Under the pieces are notes generated by a model. The model searched no databases, had not been told where the DNA came from, and worked only from the letters and a program-made list of their open reading frames with translations. Shown one piece after another: positions 1-7,602 of a DNA stretch of 26,812 bases. Position numbers and translations under genes: made by a program. Position 1 is the stretch's first letter. Each line of letters starts with the position of its first letter. The DNA is from a virus (Duplodnaviria > Heunggongvirae > Uroviricota > Caudoviricetes), in IMG/VR virus record IMGVR_UViG_3300028800_000057. The stretch is one strand, 5' to 3'.

Positions 1-83
1 AAGGGTTGCCAGCAGTTCAACCTGAACTTGACTAAAGTTACTTGACTCCGCTCGTCTCATAGATAATCATCCTATCAGATCGG

Positions 84-278
84 ATGTACATGAAGATGAA
101 AGTGGTTCGAGTCTCGGCCACTGAGTTCGAATTGGAAGACGGTAGGGTATTTCCCCACGTCACCCCACTCGAACCGGTTCCGACCCCCGAAGAGTTTCAA
201 GTACATTACGACCTTTGGTCAGATCGGTTGAAGCGAAAGGATGTCCCATGGACTTGTCTCGCTCAAAAAAGCGGCTGA
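84..278 (+). CDS. Hypothetical small ORF overlapping the tnpA start. It may be spurious or a remnant of a gene disrupted by the IS insertion.
   Basis: 64-aa ORF in the track with no recognisable motif; it overlaps the 5' end of the serine recombinase gene. Confidence 0.2.
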   Translation: MYMKMKVVRVSATEFELEDGRVFPHVTPLEPVPTPEEFQVHYDLWSDRLKRKDVPWTCLAQKSG

Positions 279-864
279 AATCCTTGGTTGCGGAACCTCC
301 ACACTTCGAACTTGGGATAAGAATGGCTCCTTAGTAGCTGTCAGAACCCCAGGCGGTCAGCGCCGGTACCGCACCGAAGATCTGGATAAGTTCCAGGGGA
401 TAGTCAAGAAAACCTCCCAGAAGTCGGAGTCCGTGGCCGTTTACTCTCGGGTTTCTAGTCATGAGCAGAAGGCTAAGGGAGACCTCGACCGTCAAAAGGG
501 AAGGCTTCTGGAGCATTGCGTCAAGCAAGGATACTCGGTGACCCACGTCATGGAGGAAGTCGGATCTGGAATGACGGACACTAGGCCGAAGATGCTCAGG
601 CTCTTGGAGTTGGCGGTGCGGGGAGAGATTGGACGAGTGGTTATCGAGCACAAGGATCGATTGGCTCGGTTCAATTTCAACATATTCCAGAAGTTCTTTG
701 AGAGCCACGGTGTACAGGTTGAATGGCTGGAGAACGTGCTCCCAAAGTCCTACGAGGCCGAACTCGTTGAAGATATGGTCAGCCTAATGTCCAGTTTCTC
801 AGCCAAAGTTTACGGGAAACGAAGCGCCGAGAACCGAAAGAAAAAGAAGGCCGAAGCGGCATGA
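241..864 (+). CDS. tnpA: IS607-family serine recombinase transposase (TnpA) with an MerR-like HTH followed by a resolvase catalytic domain.
   Basis: N-terminal LKKAAEILGCGTSTLRTWDKNGSL is a MerR-type HTH as in IS607 TnpA. VAVYSRVSSHEQ carries the catalytic Ser-recombinase motif. The stop overlaps the tnpB ATG as ATGA at 861-864. Confidence 0.85.
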   Translation: MSHGLVSLKKAAEILGCGTSTLRTWDKNGSLVAVRTPGGQRRYRTEDLDKFQGIVKKTSQKSESVAVYSRVSSHEQKAKGDLDRQKGRLLEHCVKQGYSVTHVMEEVGSGMTDTRPKMLRLLELAVRGEIGRVVIEHKDRLARFNFNIFQKFFESHGVQVEWLENVLPKSYEAELVEDMVSLMSSFSAKVYGKRSAENRKKKKAEAA

Positions 865-2291
865 AGAAGTGTCGATTCTTCATGTTGCACCCTGAGTGTA
901 ACCCAAGGAAGCTGACAGCCCTTGAAGAACTCCATGCCGAGTACGTCGAGTATGTACGGATCTGCGTCCAGACGATGCTTGAAGCTCACAGGCTGAACCT
1001 ACCACGTTCGGAGAAACAGGACTTCTTCCCACGAGCCAGTAAGCTTACATCACAGATTGAGAAGAACGCCCGCGATCATGCCATCCAGATTGTAAGCACT
1101 TGGGCTAAGTCAGTCTATGCCAGGAAGCTCAAAACTTACATTCGGATTGCCTACAACCAGGGAAGCTTCGACGAGGACTTCCGAAAGCAGCTTTACACAG
1201 TCGGAAAGTACTTGGTTCACGAGCCTAAAGAGACCGTGTCCCAAGAGGCAATCGACCTGTATTGGACTTGGCTCTCTGACCCAGAAATTGCAGGAAACCC
1301 CCCAAGTGTGTCCAATCGGATTCCAATGAGGATGTCAGAGAATACCTGTTCATTAGAAGACCCCGAGGAGGCCATCCACGCGGATCTTTGGCTCAAGATC
1401 TCGACTCTGGTTTCTCGTAAGCTTGCCTGGTTACCCCTAGTTGGAAACCCATATGTAAAGAAGCCATCTGATGTTTCTAAGGGGATTCATGCTAGAAAAG
1501 ACCGTAATGGCCGGTGGCGGTTTGAAGCTGTTGATACCAAAGAATGGCTCGTTCTTGAGGCCGAACCGGATCTTCCCAGGATAGGAGTAGATGTAGGCCT
1601 AAACGTGGTAGCGGCTACTTCGAGCGGACACGTGTTCGGAGCTGACCTGAAGCCCAAATTCAATAAGCTCTATGACAAGGTTAGAGGAATCAGGGCGAAT
1701 CGCCAGAAACAAGATCTTAAGGAGAACTCCCCTCGCCTTGACCGACTTGAGTCCAAGCTCTCCGGCTTGACTAAGAGCATCACTGGACGTGTCTCCAATG
1801 AGCTTCTTCGAGCGTATCCTGAGTCAGTCTTCGTCCTAGAAGACCTTGACTTGTCTGGGTGCAAAGGACAAAAACGCTTTTGTTACCGAGCTTTAGCCCA
1901 TGCTCTTGAAAGTAAAGCTCCAACCGAGAAGGTCAATCCGGCCTATTCGTCTCAGACATGCCCATCCTGCGGGCATGTCAGTCGACTGAACAGGTCTGGA
2001 ACCAGTTTCATCTGCCGCCAGTGCGGCAGGATTTCACATGCCGACGTGGTGGGAGGGATCAATCTGCTCGGACGTTCCGAGTTAAAACAGATTAGTCTCG
2101 ATGATCACCCATCGGAAGTGAAGGGAGTGCTTGTACGACTATACTGGAATAGGAGAAATCCGGATCTCCAGGACTGCCCACAAGACTTCTTGAATAAATA
2201 CGCGCCATTACCGTATGGCCGGAGGCTTACTACCAGGGGTCATTCTCGAAAGAGAAGCACTGGCATAGCTTTTAATCAGGTAGCTGCTTGA
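861..2291 (+). CDS. tnpB: TnpB (OrfB, IS605/IS607 family), an RNA-guided RuvC-like nuclease.
   Basis: 476 aa. RuvC-I is IGVDVGLNVVAA, RuvC-II is VFVLEDLDLSG, the zinc finger is CPSCGH...CRQCG, and RuvC-III is HADVVGGINLL. It is translationally coupled to tnpA. Confidence 0.9.
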   Translation: MKKCRFFMLHPECNPRKLTALEELHAEYVEYVRICVQTMLEAHRLNLPRSEKQDFFPRASKLTSQIEKNARDHAIQIVSTWAKSVYARKLKTYIRIAYNQGSFDEDFRKQLYTVGKYLVHEPKETVSQEAIDLYWTWLSDPEIAGNPPSVSNRIPMRMSENTCSLEDPEEAIHADLWLKISTLVSRKLAWLPLVGNPYVKKPSDVSKGIHARKDRNGRWRFEAVDTKEWLVLEAEPDLPRIGVDVGLNVVAATSSGHVFGADLKPKFNKLYDKVRGIRANRQKQDLKENSPRLDRLESKLSGLTKSITGRVSNELLRAYPESVFVLEDLDLSGCKGQKRFCYRALAHALESKAPTEKVNPAYSSQTCPSCGHVSRLNRSGTSFICRQCGRISHADVVGGINLLGRSELKQISLDDHPSEVKGVLVRLYWNRRNPDLQDCPQDFLNKYAPLPYGRRLTTRGHSRKRSTGIAFNQVAA

Positions 2292-2460
2292 CTACACATA
2301 AGTTTGAGCAACTTCTTGAGTACGGTACAGCAGGTACCCCTTGTCCGTGTCGTAATCGAATTATGTCGTATGCTTGCTGTGGTAGATCTATGAAGTCAGC
2401 AAATTCTAAGTAAACCTGAACTAACCCTGGTTCCAGCCAACTCTGCTCTAATCTAAGGTC
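2150..2460 (+). ncRNA. Predicted omega-RNA (reRNA) region of TnpB, spanning the tnpB 3' end and the right end of the element. This is an inference.
   Basis: In the IS200/605/607 families the TnpB guide RNA derives from the tnpB 3' end plus the right end. The region downstream of the stop is structured: palindrome GGTACagcagGTACC and stem ACGG...CCGT around 2320-2350. No ORF lies between 2292 and 2593. Confidence 0.3.
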
Positions 2461-2577
2461 TCTGCATGCAAAGTCGCTTCGTAATAGTGACGTTTCTCGG
2501 TTTAGATCCTCGTTCGTGCATTCGGTTCCAATGCGATAGTATAGAGTCCAGGAGGGCATTCCACTTCTCATTACCCC

Positions 2578-2583
2578 GGTGTA
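2578..2583 (+). promoter_or_regulatory. GGTGTA upstream element (CCGGTGTA), 10 nt before the ATG at 2594.
   Basis: One of at least ten gene-proximal GGTGTA sites found in sense orientation. Confidence 0.4.
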
Positions 2584-2593
2584 ACGATAGGCC

Positions 2594-2968
2594 ATGCCTG
2601 AAAAAGATCCCTGGGAGGCTTACGGATTCACAGCCGGGGACGAGGATGGGGCCTGGATAGTCCCAGGAGCAGAGATCATTCCTCTCCCAGACAGTAAGTG
2701 TCCAGATCACGTTGCAGACTGGACTATCCCTAGGCAAAAAGACCCGACCCCCTACGACATGCCAGTGTTTGTAATCGATCGGATCATTACCTTCAAGAAC
2801 GGTCGGCGGAGAGTGTTCATCTACATGTCTGGTGCGCCTTCCATCAGGGCTGACCGAGACCTTGAAGACATCAAGGACAAGTGGCGGTTATCACCTGGAC
2901 CCGAGCCAGAACCAGAGATTCAAGAGCCCGTGATCCTCTCTCGATACGAACGCAAGTTCGTAATCTAG
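2594..2968 (+). CDS. Hypothetical protein of 124 aa with a C-terminal SRYERKFVI tail.
   Basis: Track ORF with a GGTGTA element upstream. The C-terminal RYER motif is shared with six other ORFs. Its stop TAG shares bases with the convergent gene's stop (CTAG at 2965-2968). Confidence 0.6.
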   Translation: MPEKDPWEAYGFTAGDEDGAWIVPGAEIIPLPDSKCPDHVADWTIPRQKDPTPYDMPVFVIDRIITFKNGRRRVFIYMSGAPSIRADRDLEDIKDKWRLSPGPEPEPEIQEPVILSRYERKFVI

Positions 2969-3840
2969 ATTCCCCGTATGATTCTCTCGTACCGACTAAG
3001 TGGCTCGGGTGGCTTCTCGCCTTGAACCCAGTGTCTGAGAAATAACCTCAGGGGCATCCCAGCACTAGCCCCACGCCAGTGTTTGATGCGAACAAAAGGT
3101 CCTTGAATCAGGACATTGTTCTCAGTCTCAATGACTTGAGCAAATAAATCCTTGGAGTTGGATCTAACCCAGACACCAGCCCTCAACCAGCTGGGTACAT
3201 CCGCCATTGTGGTTACTGGTTCAACGGGGACAGGTGGCGAGAGTAACTCTTGAGGTACTTGTAGTCCAGCAGCTATCAAGTTACTCATCTGATTGACATC
3301 ATCTATGGCAGTATGTGGGTCATTAAGGCGCAAATACCTTAATCGTTCAAGGTTCGCTAGCCCAGTACTAATAGCATCACCAAATACTGAGTTGTCGAGA
3401 GGTCGGTGCATCTCAGCTGCATAGGGTGGGTCTGTGAAGACATGTGGAAGCTCAGGTATGAGCATAGACCTCCTAGCGGTAGCCGTATAATCCAACCTAG
3501 TTCTTAATGGGACTGCAAATGCTTGACCCAACCGCTCTCTCCGGATCGGAGTGCGGATAAAGTCTTCGATTAACTGTTGGATGTTTCTCGGAGGTCCTGG
3601 TTCATAATCAGGCTCGCGTGGTACGACTTGGTATCTATTAATCTCTCTCGCTAGTTGTTCGTCATAGGGGCGTTCCCGTCCTTCATAGAAAAGAACCCCA
3701 ATAGTGATTGACCCCCTGCTACTAGTAAGGTCCACCTGTTGAACGAACTCATCCCGGCGCAAGCGGTAGGCGTGGTCACGAGCTTGAACTCGAGCATCAA
3801 CCGTTGCATCATATCTGAGGGTCCAGTGAGCTCCAGGCAT
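2965..3840 (-). CDS. Hypothetical protein of 291 aa with a C-terminal SRYERIIRGI tail.
   Basis: Long ORF with no recognisable domain. It is the last gene of a co-directional minus-strand cluster running 4870 to 2965. Confidence 0.6.
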   Translation of the reverse strand: MPGAHWTLRYDATVDARVQARDHAYRLRRDEFVQQVDLTSSRGSITIGVLFYEGRERPYDEQLAREINRYQVVPREPDYEPGPPRNIQQLIEDFIRTPIRRERLGQAFAVPLRTRLDYTATARRSMLIPELPHVFTDPPYAAEMHRPLDNSVFGDAISTGLANLERLRYLRLNDPHTAIDDVNQMSNLIAAGLQVPQELLSPPVPVEPVTTMADVPSWLRAGVWVRSNSKDLFAQVIETENNVLIQGPFVRIKHWRGASAGMPLRLFLRHWVQGEKPPEPLSRYERIIRGI

Positions 3841-3844
3841 GACT

Positions 3845-4048
3845 TCAACCTAGGACCGTAATCTTGAAACAAACTAAGTGCCAAAAGGTATCCCTTGTAC
3901 CTTCAGCTGAAGAGAACGGAAGTACGAAACCCCTATCGTGTTCGAGAAAAGATCCTTCACAGTGAAAGCACTTCTCGGTGACAGGGACCGGTACTTGCTC
4001 AGTACCCTCACATATAGGGGCACCCCAAGAGGCACCAAACCACTTCAT
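3845..4048 (-). CDS. Small Cys-rich hypothetical protein of 67 aa.
   Basis: Its ATG overlaps the stop of the upstream gene (ATGA at 4045-4048). CxxC-type cysteines: CEG...CFHCEG. Confidence 0.4.
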   Translation of the reverse strand: MKWFGASWGAPICEGTEQVPVPVTEKCFHCEGSFLEHDRGFVLPFSSAEGTRDTFWHLVCFKITVLG

Positions 4049-4524
4049 ACAGAGCCTTCCTTCATGAATCGTGGGCGGTACTTGCCATCAGGCCACTTCA
4101 CAATCTCAGACCACTCCTGTAGGGTTCTGACAAATACGTCACCAGCTTTGCTTGAGTAGACCACGGCGGGCTCCCCCTTAGGTCCTTGGAGCAAGAGTGC
4201 CTTGCCGTATACCAAGTAGAGTGTCCCTTTGAAGTGGAGGTACGGACCTGAATTGGGATTGCGGGCATCCTTGTAGTCCCCGCGCCAGATGCATTGAAGC
4301 AAACCCTCGGCCTCCTCGACTTGCTCTAGGGTTGCCTTCATCATCGGATTCTGAGCTGGATACTGCTCAAGGAATTTACCTAGAAGAGGTGGATCAGCAG
4401 AACATACTTTCTTAGCCCTATTCTCAGCGTCCTGCAGGTCTCCAACAGAGATATCTCCAAGAGGCCTGCATAAGGCGTAACAAGCAAGGGCTGCGTAAGG
4501 GTTCGATATGCAAGGAGTTGCCAT
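4045..4524 (-). CDS. Hypothetical protein of 159 aa.
   Basis: Track ORF. A minus-strand GGTGTA (TACACC at 4534-4539) lies 9 nt upstream of its ATG. Confidence 0.55.
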   Translation of the reverse strand: MATPCISNPYAALACYALCRPLGDISVGDLQDAENRAKKVCSADPPLLGKFLEQYPAQNPMMKATLEQVEEAEGLLQCIWRGDYKDARNPNSGPYLHFKGTLYLVYGKALLLQGPKGEPAVVYSSKAGDVFVRTLQEWSEIVKWPDGKYRPRFMKEGSV

Positions 4525-4533
4525 GCAACCCTA

Positions 4534-4539
4534 TACACC
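4534..4539 (-). promoter_or_regulatory. GGTGTA upstream element for the gene starting at 4524.
   Basis: Reads TGGTGTAtagggttgcATG on the minus strand. Confidence 0.4.
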
Positions 4540-4543
4540 AGGT

Positions 4544-4870
4544 CTAGGCGTTTCTACCACGTTTTCGTTGGTCCCTGGACAAAACAGCTCTGTATCGTCG
4601 ATTGGGATCTTGCTTGGCGAGGAAGGCTACCATCTTCTGAACTCGCTCGTCGGCGAGCAGTGATTCCACGGTGTTGTACTTGCGTTCAAGCTCCTTGTTC
4701 GAGAACAAGGAGTGGATCATTCGGTGGCAATCCGAACAGATCAGCTGCTTAGTCTTACCCCCACGACACTTAGGAACTAGATGGTGGTCGCTCTTGTGGA
4801 TCGCTGGGCGCGTGCACAGAGGACATATCTCGTAGTTCTGATCAAGACTTACTTCTACCGCATTAGACAT
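4544..4870 (-). CDS. HNH endonuclease, free-standing.
   Basis: CPLC...HHLVP..GG...LIC..CHRMIH matches the HNH zinc-finger nuclease signature. Confidence 0.75.
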   Translation of the reverse strand: MSNAVEVSLDQNYEICPLCTRPAIHKSDHHLVPKCRGGKTKQLICSDCHRMIHSLFSNKELERKYNTVESLLADERVQKMVAFLAKQDPNRRYRAVLSRDQRKRGRNA

Positions 4871-4878
4871 AAAAATAA

Positions 4879-4939
4879 CGGCTCTGGAGGAACTGCACCC
4901 AAGAGGGGGGGTACGGGTGCAGTCACGCGTCCAGAGCCG
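4879..4939. repeat. Nested perfect hairpin: outer stem 10 bp CGGCTCTGGA/TCCAGAGCCG, inner stem 8 bp CTGCACCC/GGGTGCAG.
   Basis: Read directly from the sequence. It sits in the 353-nt noncoding island between the HNH gene start and the NADAR gene start. Confidence 0.6.
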
Positions 4940-5118
4940 TCCGGTCGAGGTTGATGGTATCGAACCACCATAGAATATGGTCCTATAGCCGACTCCAAAG
5001 TATCATTCGGCTAAACCCCGATAGTGACAAGGAGCATTCCCCGTCACACCAAGAAAGGTACACCAATTAAGTTAGGACTTCAAGTAGTATTTTGATAAAC
5101 AACGATCCCCAAAGAATC

Positions 5119-5150
5119 CATGAGGTGGTTTGAGGTTCAACCACCTCATG
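5119..5150. repeat. Perfect 12-bp hairpin CATGAGGTGGTT-n8-AACCACCTCATG.
   Basis: Read directly. It lies about 40 nt downstream, on the minus strand, of a leftward-facing GGTGTA at 5189-5194. Confidence 0.6.
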
Positions 5151-5205
5151 TGTAGGGTAAACGGGTCCCACGACCCACGATAGGACTTTACACCACCGAT
5201 TCTCC

Positions 5206-5211
5206 GGTGTA
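5206..5211 (+). promoter_or_regulatory. GGTGTA upstream element (CCGGTGTA), 12 nt before the ATG at 5224. It is paired with an inverted copy (TACACC at 5189-5194) facing left.
   Basis: Divergent pair TACACCaccgattctccGGTGTA. Confidence 0.4.
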
Positions 5212-5223
5212 TCCCAAGTCGAG

Positions 5224-5754
5224 ATGGATCAGATCTTATTTTATTCACCAAAAGAGATCCCGTATGGTTGCTTCTCGAACTTTTCGAGACACTCAGTACT
5301 GTACAAGGGCCGGAATTGGAGTACTTCAGAGGCTGCCTTCCAGGCGATGAAGTTCCACCCTCACCGGTTGGATTTGGTGGAAGCAATCCTAAGAGCCCCC
5401 AAGCCAATGGAGGCGGCCGCACTTGGGAGGGACCGTAGCTACCCGATTCGAGATGACTGGGATAGCCCAGTGTCCAATTGGGGTGGGTTGGAGGGGTCTC
5501 TTGTTGATGATGGGCGGGGACCGGCGAAGGCCATTAAACTAGTCAAGGACTTGGTCATGTTCGAAGTGGTTCTAGCCAAGTTCACCCAGCACTCGGATAT
5601 CCGAAGCATCCTTCTGGGCACTGGGACCTTGGCTCTTGTTGAGAACGCCATCCACGACCCGTACTGGGGGATTGGTTGCTCAGGGGTCGGTGTCAACCGG
5701 TTGGGTAAGGTTTTGATGCTAGCTCGACAGTCGCTCAAGGACCAAAAACTCTAG
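5224..5754 (+). CDS. NADAR domain protein (YbiA/DUF1768-like), a putative ADP-ribose-processing N-glycosidase.
   Basis: FYS..PYGCFSNFS...YKGRNWSTSEAAFQAMKF, GRDRSYPIRDDW and DPYWGIGCSGVGVNRLGKVLMLAR match conserved NADAR blocks. Confidence 0.8.
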   Translation: MDQILFYSPKEIPYGCFSNFSRHSVLYKGRNWSTSEAAFQAMKFHPHRLDLVEAILRAPKPMEAAALGRDRSYPIRDDWDSPVSNWGGLEGSLVDDGRGPAKAIKLVKDLVMFEVVLAKFTQHSDIRSILLGTGTLALVENAIHDPYWGIGCSGVGVNRLGKVLMLARQSLKDQKL

Positions 5755-6164
5755 ATCACCCAAGGGCGCTCGTATCGACTGGGCATCCCTTCTGACACTT
5801 CAGAACCGCCGGCTTGGAACGCCTCTCTGATGATAAGGAAGAGGTATTGCTCCAAAGTTCCAGTCCAATTTGCTGGAAACTTGCCAGTAGCACGTAGTTC
5901 TCCGATCATCAGGGTTTCCACTTTGCACTCGACAAGATGGACTTTTGGTCGAAATTGGCACCATTGCCTGGGAAGCTTCAAGTCTAACTTCTTGTTATCC
6001 TTCACCATTGCAAGGGCTAGTGCAAAGATCCCTGGTGTTTTATCGGCGGACACAATCACAGGATCGCCTCGATGGAAAGCGGTCAAAAGAGCCCTAACAT
6101 CGTTTTGAGTCACCAGCTCGGGGCTACTGGGATTCTTTGATGAATTGAAGAACGGAGCTGCCAC
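5751..6164 (-). CDS. Hypothetical protein of 137 aa with a C-terminal SRYERPWVI tail. It has a GTG start.
   Basis: Track ORF. Its stop shares CTAG with the NADAR gene's stop. AGTGTA lies 12-17 nt upstream of its start. Confidence 0.5.
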   Translation of the reverse strand: MAAPFFNSSKNPSSPELVTQNDVRALLTAFHRGDPVIVSADKTPGIFALALAMVKDNKKLDLKLPRQWCQFRPKVHLVECKVETLMIGELRATGKFPANWTGTLEQYLFLIIREAFQAGGSEVSEGMPSRYERPWVI

Positions 6165-6205
6165 GTCAGTAGATTACACTTTTCTGAACTACTTTCCAGA
6201 GCTTT

Positions 6206-6211
6206 GGTGTA
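6206..6211 (+). promoter_or_regulatory. GGTGTA upstream element, 22 nt before the ATG at 6234.
   Basis: Reads ctttGGTGTAgtatctctctaaatcgcatgctATG. Confidence 0.35.
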
Positions 6212-6233
6212 GTATCTCTCTAAATCGCATGCT

Positions 6234-6647
6234 ATGTCGAGAATCCCGAACGGAGGTCCCATGTCATTGGAGTTGAGTAAAGAGATGTTGATGGTCCAGG
6301 GGTATCTTGGAGATGCCAAGTTACTTGTAGACCAACAACTAGGCAAGATTGCTCACGAGAGAATCGGTGTGGTTATTGTTGAGATCGCCAAGATGCTTCA
6401 ACAGGAGCGCCATCACCTACACAAGAAAGCACCTTCTGTAACTACTCCGTCTTCGAGCCCCAAGGGTGATCAGGTGATGGAGAGCGCCCGCAACAACCCC
6501 CAAGTACCTTTGATGGTATCGGCCTCTAATGACGAATCAACACCTCGGAATACCTCTCGAGTTCGAAAGCCGAAGGAGGTAGATCCTCGGGTTCAAAAAC
6601 CCAAGAAGGTTGAAGTTAAGTCAGTGAAGAAGTCACGACGGCGCTAG
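6234..6647 (+). CDS. Hypothetical protein of 137 aa with a Lys/Arg-rich C-terminus.
   Basis: Track ORF with a GGTGTA element upstream and a hairpin plus T-rich terminator downstream. Confidence 0.5.
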   Translation: MSRIPNGGPMSLELSKEMLMVQGYLGDAKLLVDQQLGKIAHERIGVVIVEIAKMLQQERHHLHKKAPSVTTPSSSPKGDQVMESARNNPQVPLMVSASNDESTPRNTSRVRKPKEVDPRVQKPKKVEVKSVKKSRRR

Positions 6648-6666
6648 ATCACAAGCTGACTCCTCA

Positions 6667-6705
6667 CGAGCGTAGTTTCAAAAAGCTACGCTCGTTCTGC
6701 TTTTG
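6667..6705 (+). terminator. Intrinsic-terminator-like hairpin CGAGCGTAG-n10-CTACGCTCG followed by TTCTGCTTTTG.
   Basis: 9-bp perfect stem plus a T-rich tract 20 nt after the stop at 6647. It is flanked by a 9-bp inverted repeat GATCACAAG/CTTGTGATC at 6648 and 6728. Confidence 0.5.
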
Positions 6706-6812
6706 ACTGCAGTAGGTCCCACGCTTCTTGTGATCACCTTTGCAAACTGGGCAAGTCTTCATACTTAGTTAGGTGGACAAGTACTTTACTAGGACATAGA
6801 TGGTACCTAATT

Positions 6813-7370
6813 ATGGGACAAGTACCTATTATATTTCTCGATCTGGATGGAGTTTTGAATTCATTTCGGTTGCTTTTACAGTTGAGTCGCACTGATCCAA
6901 CGGAAGAGGAGGTAGAGTACGCCACCAAGATCGCCACCAAATACTACCATGGGTATCCCGTGGATATGCTGATCCACGATTTAAGAAGCATCGATCCCCT
7001 CTGTGTTGAGTATCTCAACCAGATCATTGAAGCCTCGGATGCTGATGCTGTTCTATCCTCCACCTGGCGCTTCAGTCACAGCATCTCTGGGCTTCAGAAG
7101 CTATTGGAGTTTCGTGGGTTCAAGGGTGAATTGATTGACATCACGCCAGTTAACGTCAAGAGTCCCGCGAAGCTTAGGGGTTATGAGATTCAAGCATGGT
7201 TGGACCTCAACCCCGAAGTTGAGAGCATGGTGATTTTGGATGATGACACAGATATGGCGCATCTTAGTAGCCATCTGGTTCGAACGGACTTAGCTGTTGG
7301 GCTTACTAAAAAAGATGCTCAGCGGGCAATCTCAATCCTCCTCGAACCGGTAAGGCCTGTCAGGACTTAG
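6813..7370 (+). CDS. HAD-superfamily phosphatase, 5'(3')-deoxyribonucleotidase-like.
   Basis: Motif I is IIFLDLDGVLN (DxDGV), motif II is VLSSTW, and motif IV is VILDDDTD. The match is by motif only. Confidence 0.6.
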   Translation: MGQVPIIFLDLDGVLNSFRLLLQLSRTDPTEEEVEYATKIATKYYHGYPVDMLIHDLRSIDPLCVEYLNQIIEASDADAVLSSTWRFSHSISGLQKLLEFRGFKGELIDITPVNVKSPAKLRGYEIQAWLDLNPEVESMVILDDDTDMAHLSSHLVRTDLAVGLTKKDAQRAISILLEPVRPVRT

Positions 7371-7577
7371 GTGCTTGCATTCCTTGCACATGTAGTGCCC
7401 ATCTGACCAGCAAGTACCCGTTCCTGGTCCATAGTCAAACATCTGGCATGGGTTCATTCGGTCACGCACCCCCACCTCACCCACGACGTTGTTACGAATC
7501 TGCTCTTGACGTTCCAAGTACTCGCGTTCCACCTCAAGATAGCGGATTATTCTCTCATATCGAGTTGGGACTGGCAT
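7332..7577 (-). CDS. Small zinc-ribbon-like hypothetical protein beginning MPVPTRYERIIRYLE.
   Basis: Internal ATG at 7577 of the 7332..7712 track ORF. Using it avoids overlap with the phosphatase gene. The N-terminal TRYERIIR is identical in 7 of 8 residues to the C-terminal SRYERIIR of the 2965..3840 gene. CWSDGHYMCKEC are Cys ligands. Confidence 0.35.
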   Translation of the reverse strand: MPVPTRYERIIRYLEVEREYLERQEQIRNNVVGEVGVRDRMNPCQMFDYGPGTGTCWSDGHYMCKECKHLSPDRPYRFEED

Positions 7578-7602
7578 AAAGAACTTATCTAGGCCACTGG
7601 GT

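Larger units (their letters stand above)
200..2460 (+). mobile_element. IS607-type insertion sequence (tnpA-tnpB). The exact ends are not determinable by eye.
   Basis: Canonical tnpA (Ser recombinase) plus tnpB gene pair. The family has no long terminal inverted repeats, so the boundaries given are approximate. Confidence 0.45.

Noticed and set aside
100-125. tRNA T-loop-like sequences GGTTCGAGTCTCGGCC and GAGTTCGAAT near the left end, which raise the idea of a tRNA fragment next to the IS.
   Set aside because: The flanks do not form a 5-bp T-stem or an acceptor stem, and the segment lies inside an ORF. No cloverleaf can be drawn.
4930-5010. GGTGGTTCGATACCATC on the minus strand resembles a T-arm.
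   Set aside because: No complementary acceptor 5' strand or anticodon arm was found within 80 nt. It is not a tRNA.
5072-5422. 116-aa minus-strand ORF overlapping the NADAR gene.
   Set aside because: It lies antisense to a gene with strong domain evidence. Only its last 25 codons, downstream of a leftward GGTGTA, might be meaningful, and that is treated as a candidate sRNA instead.
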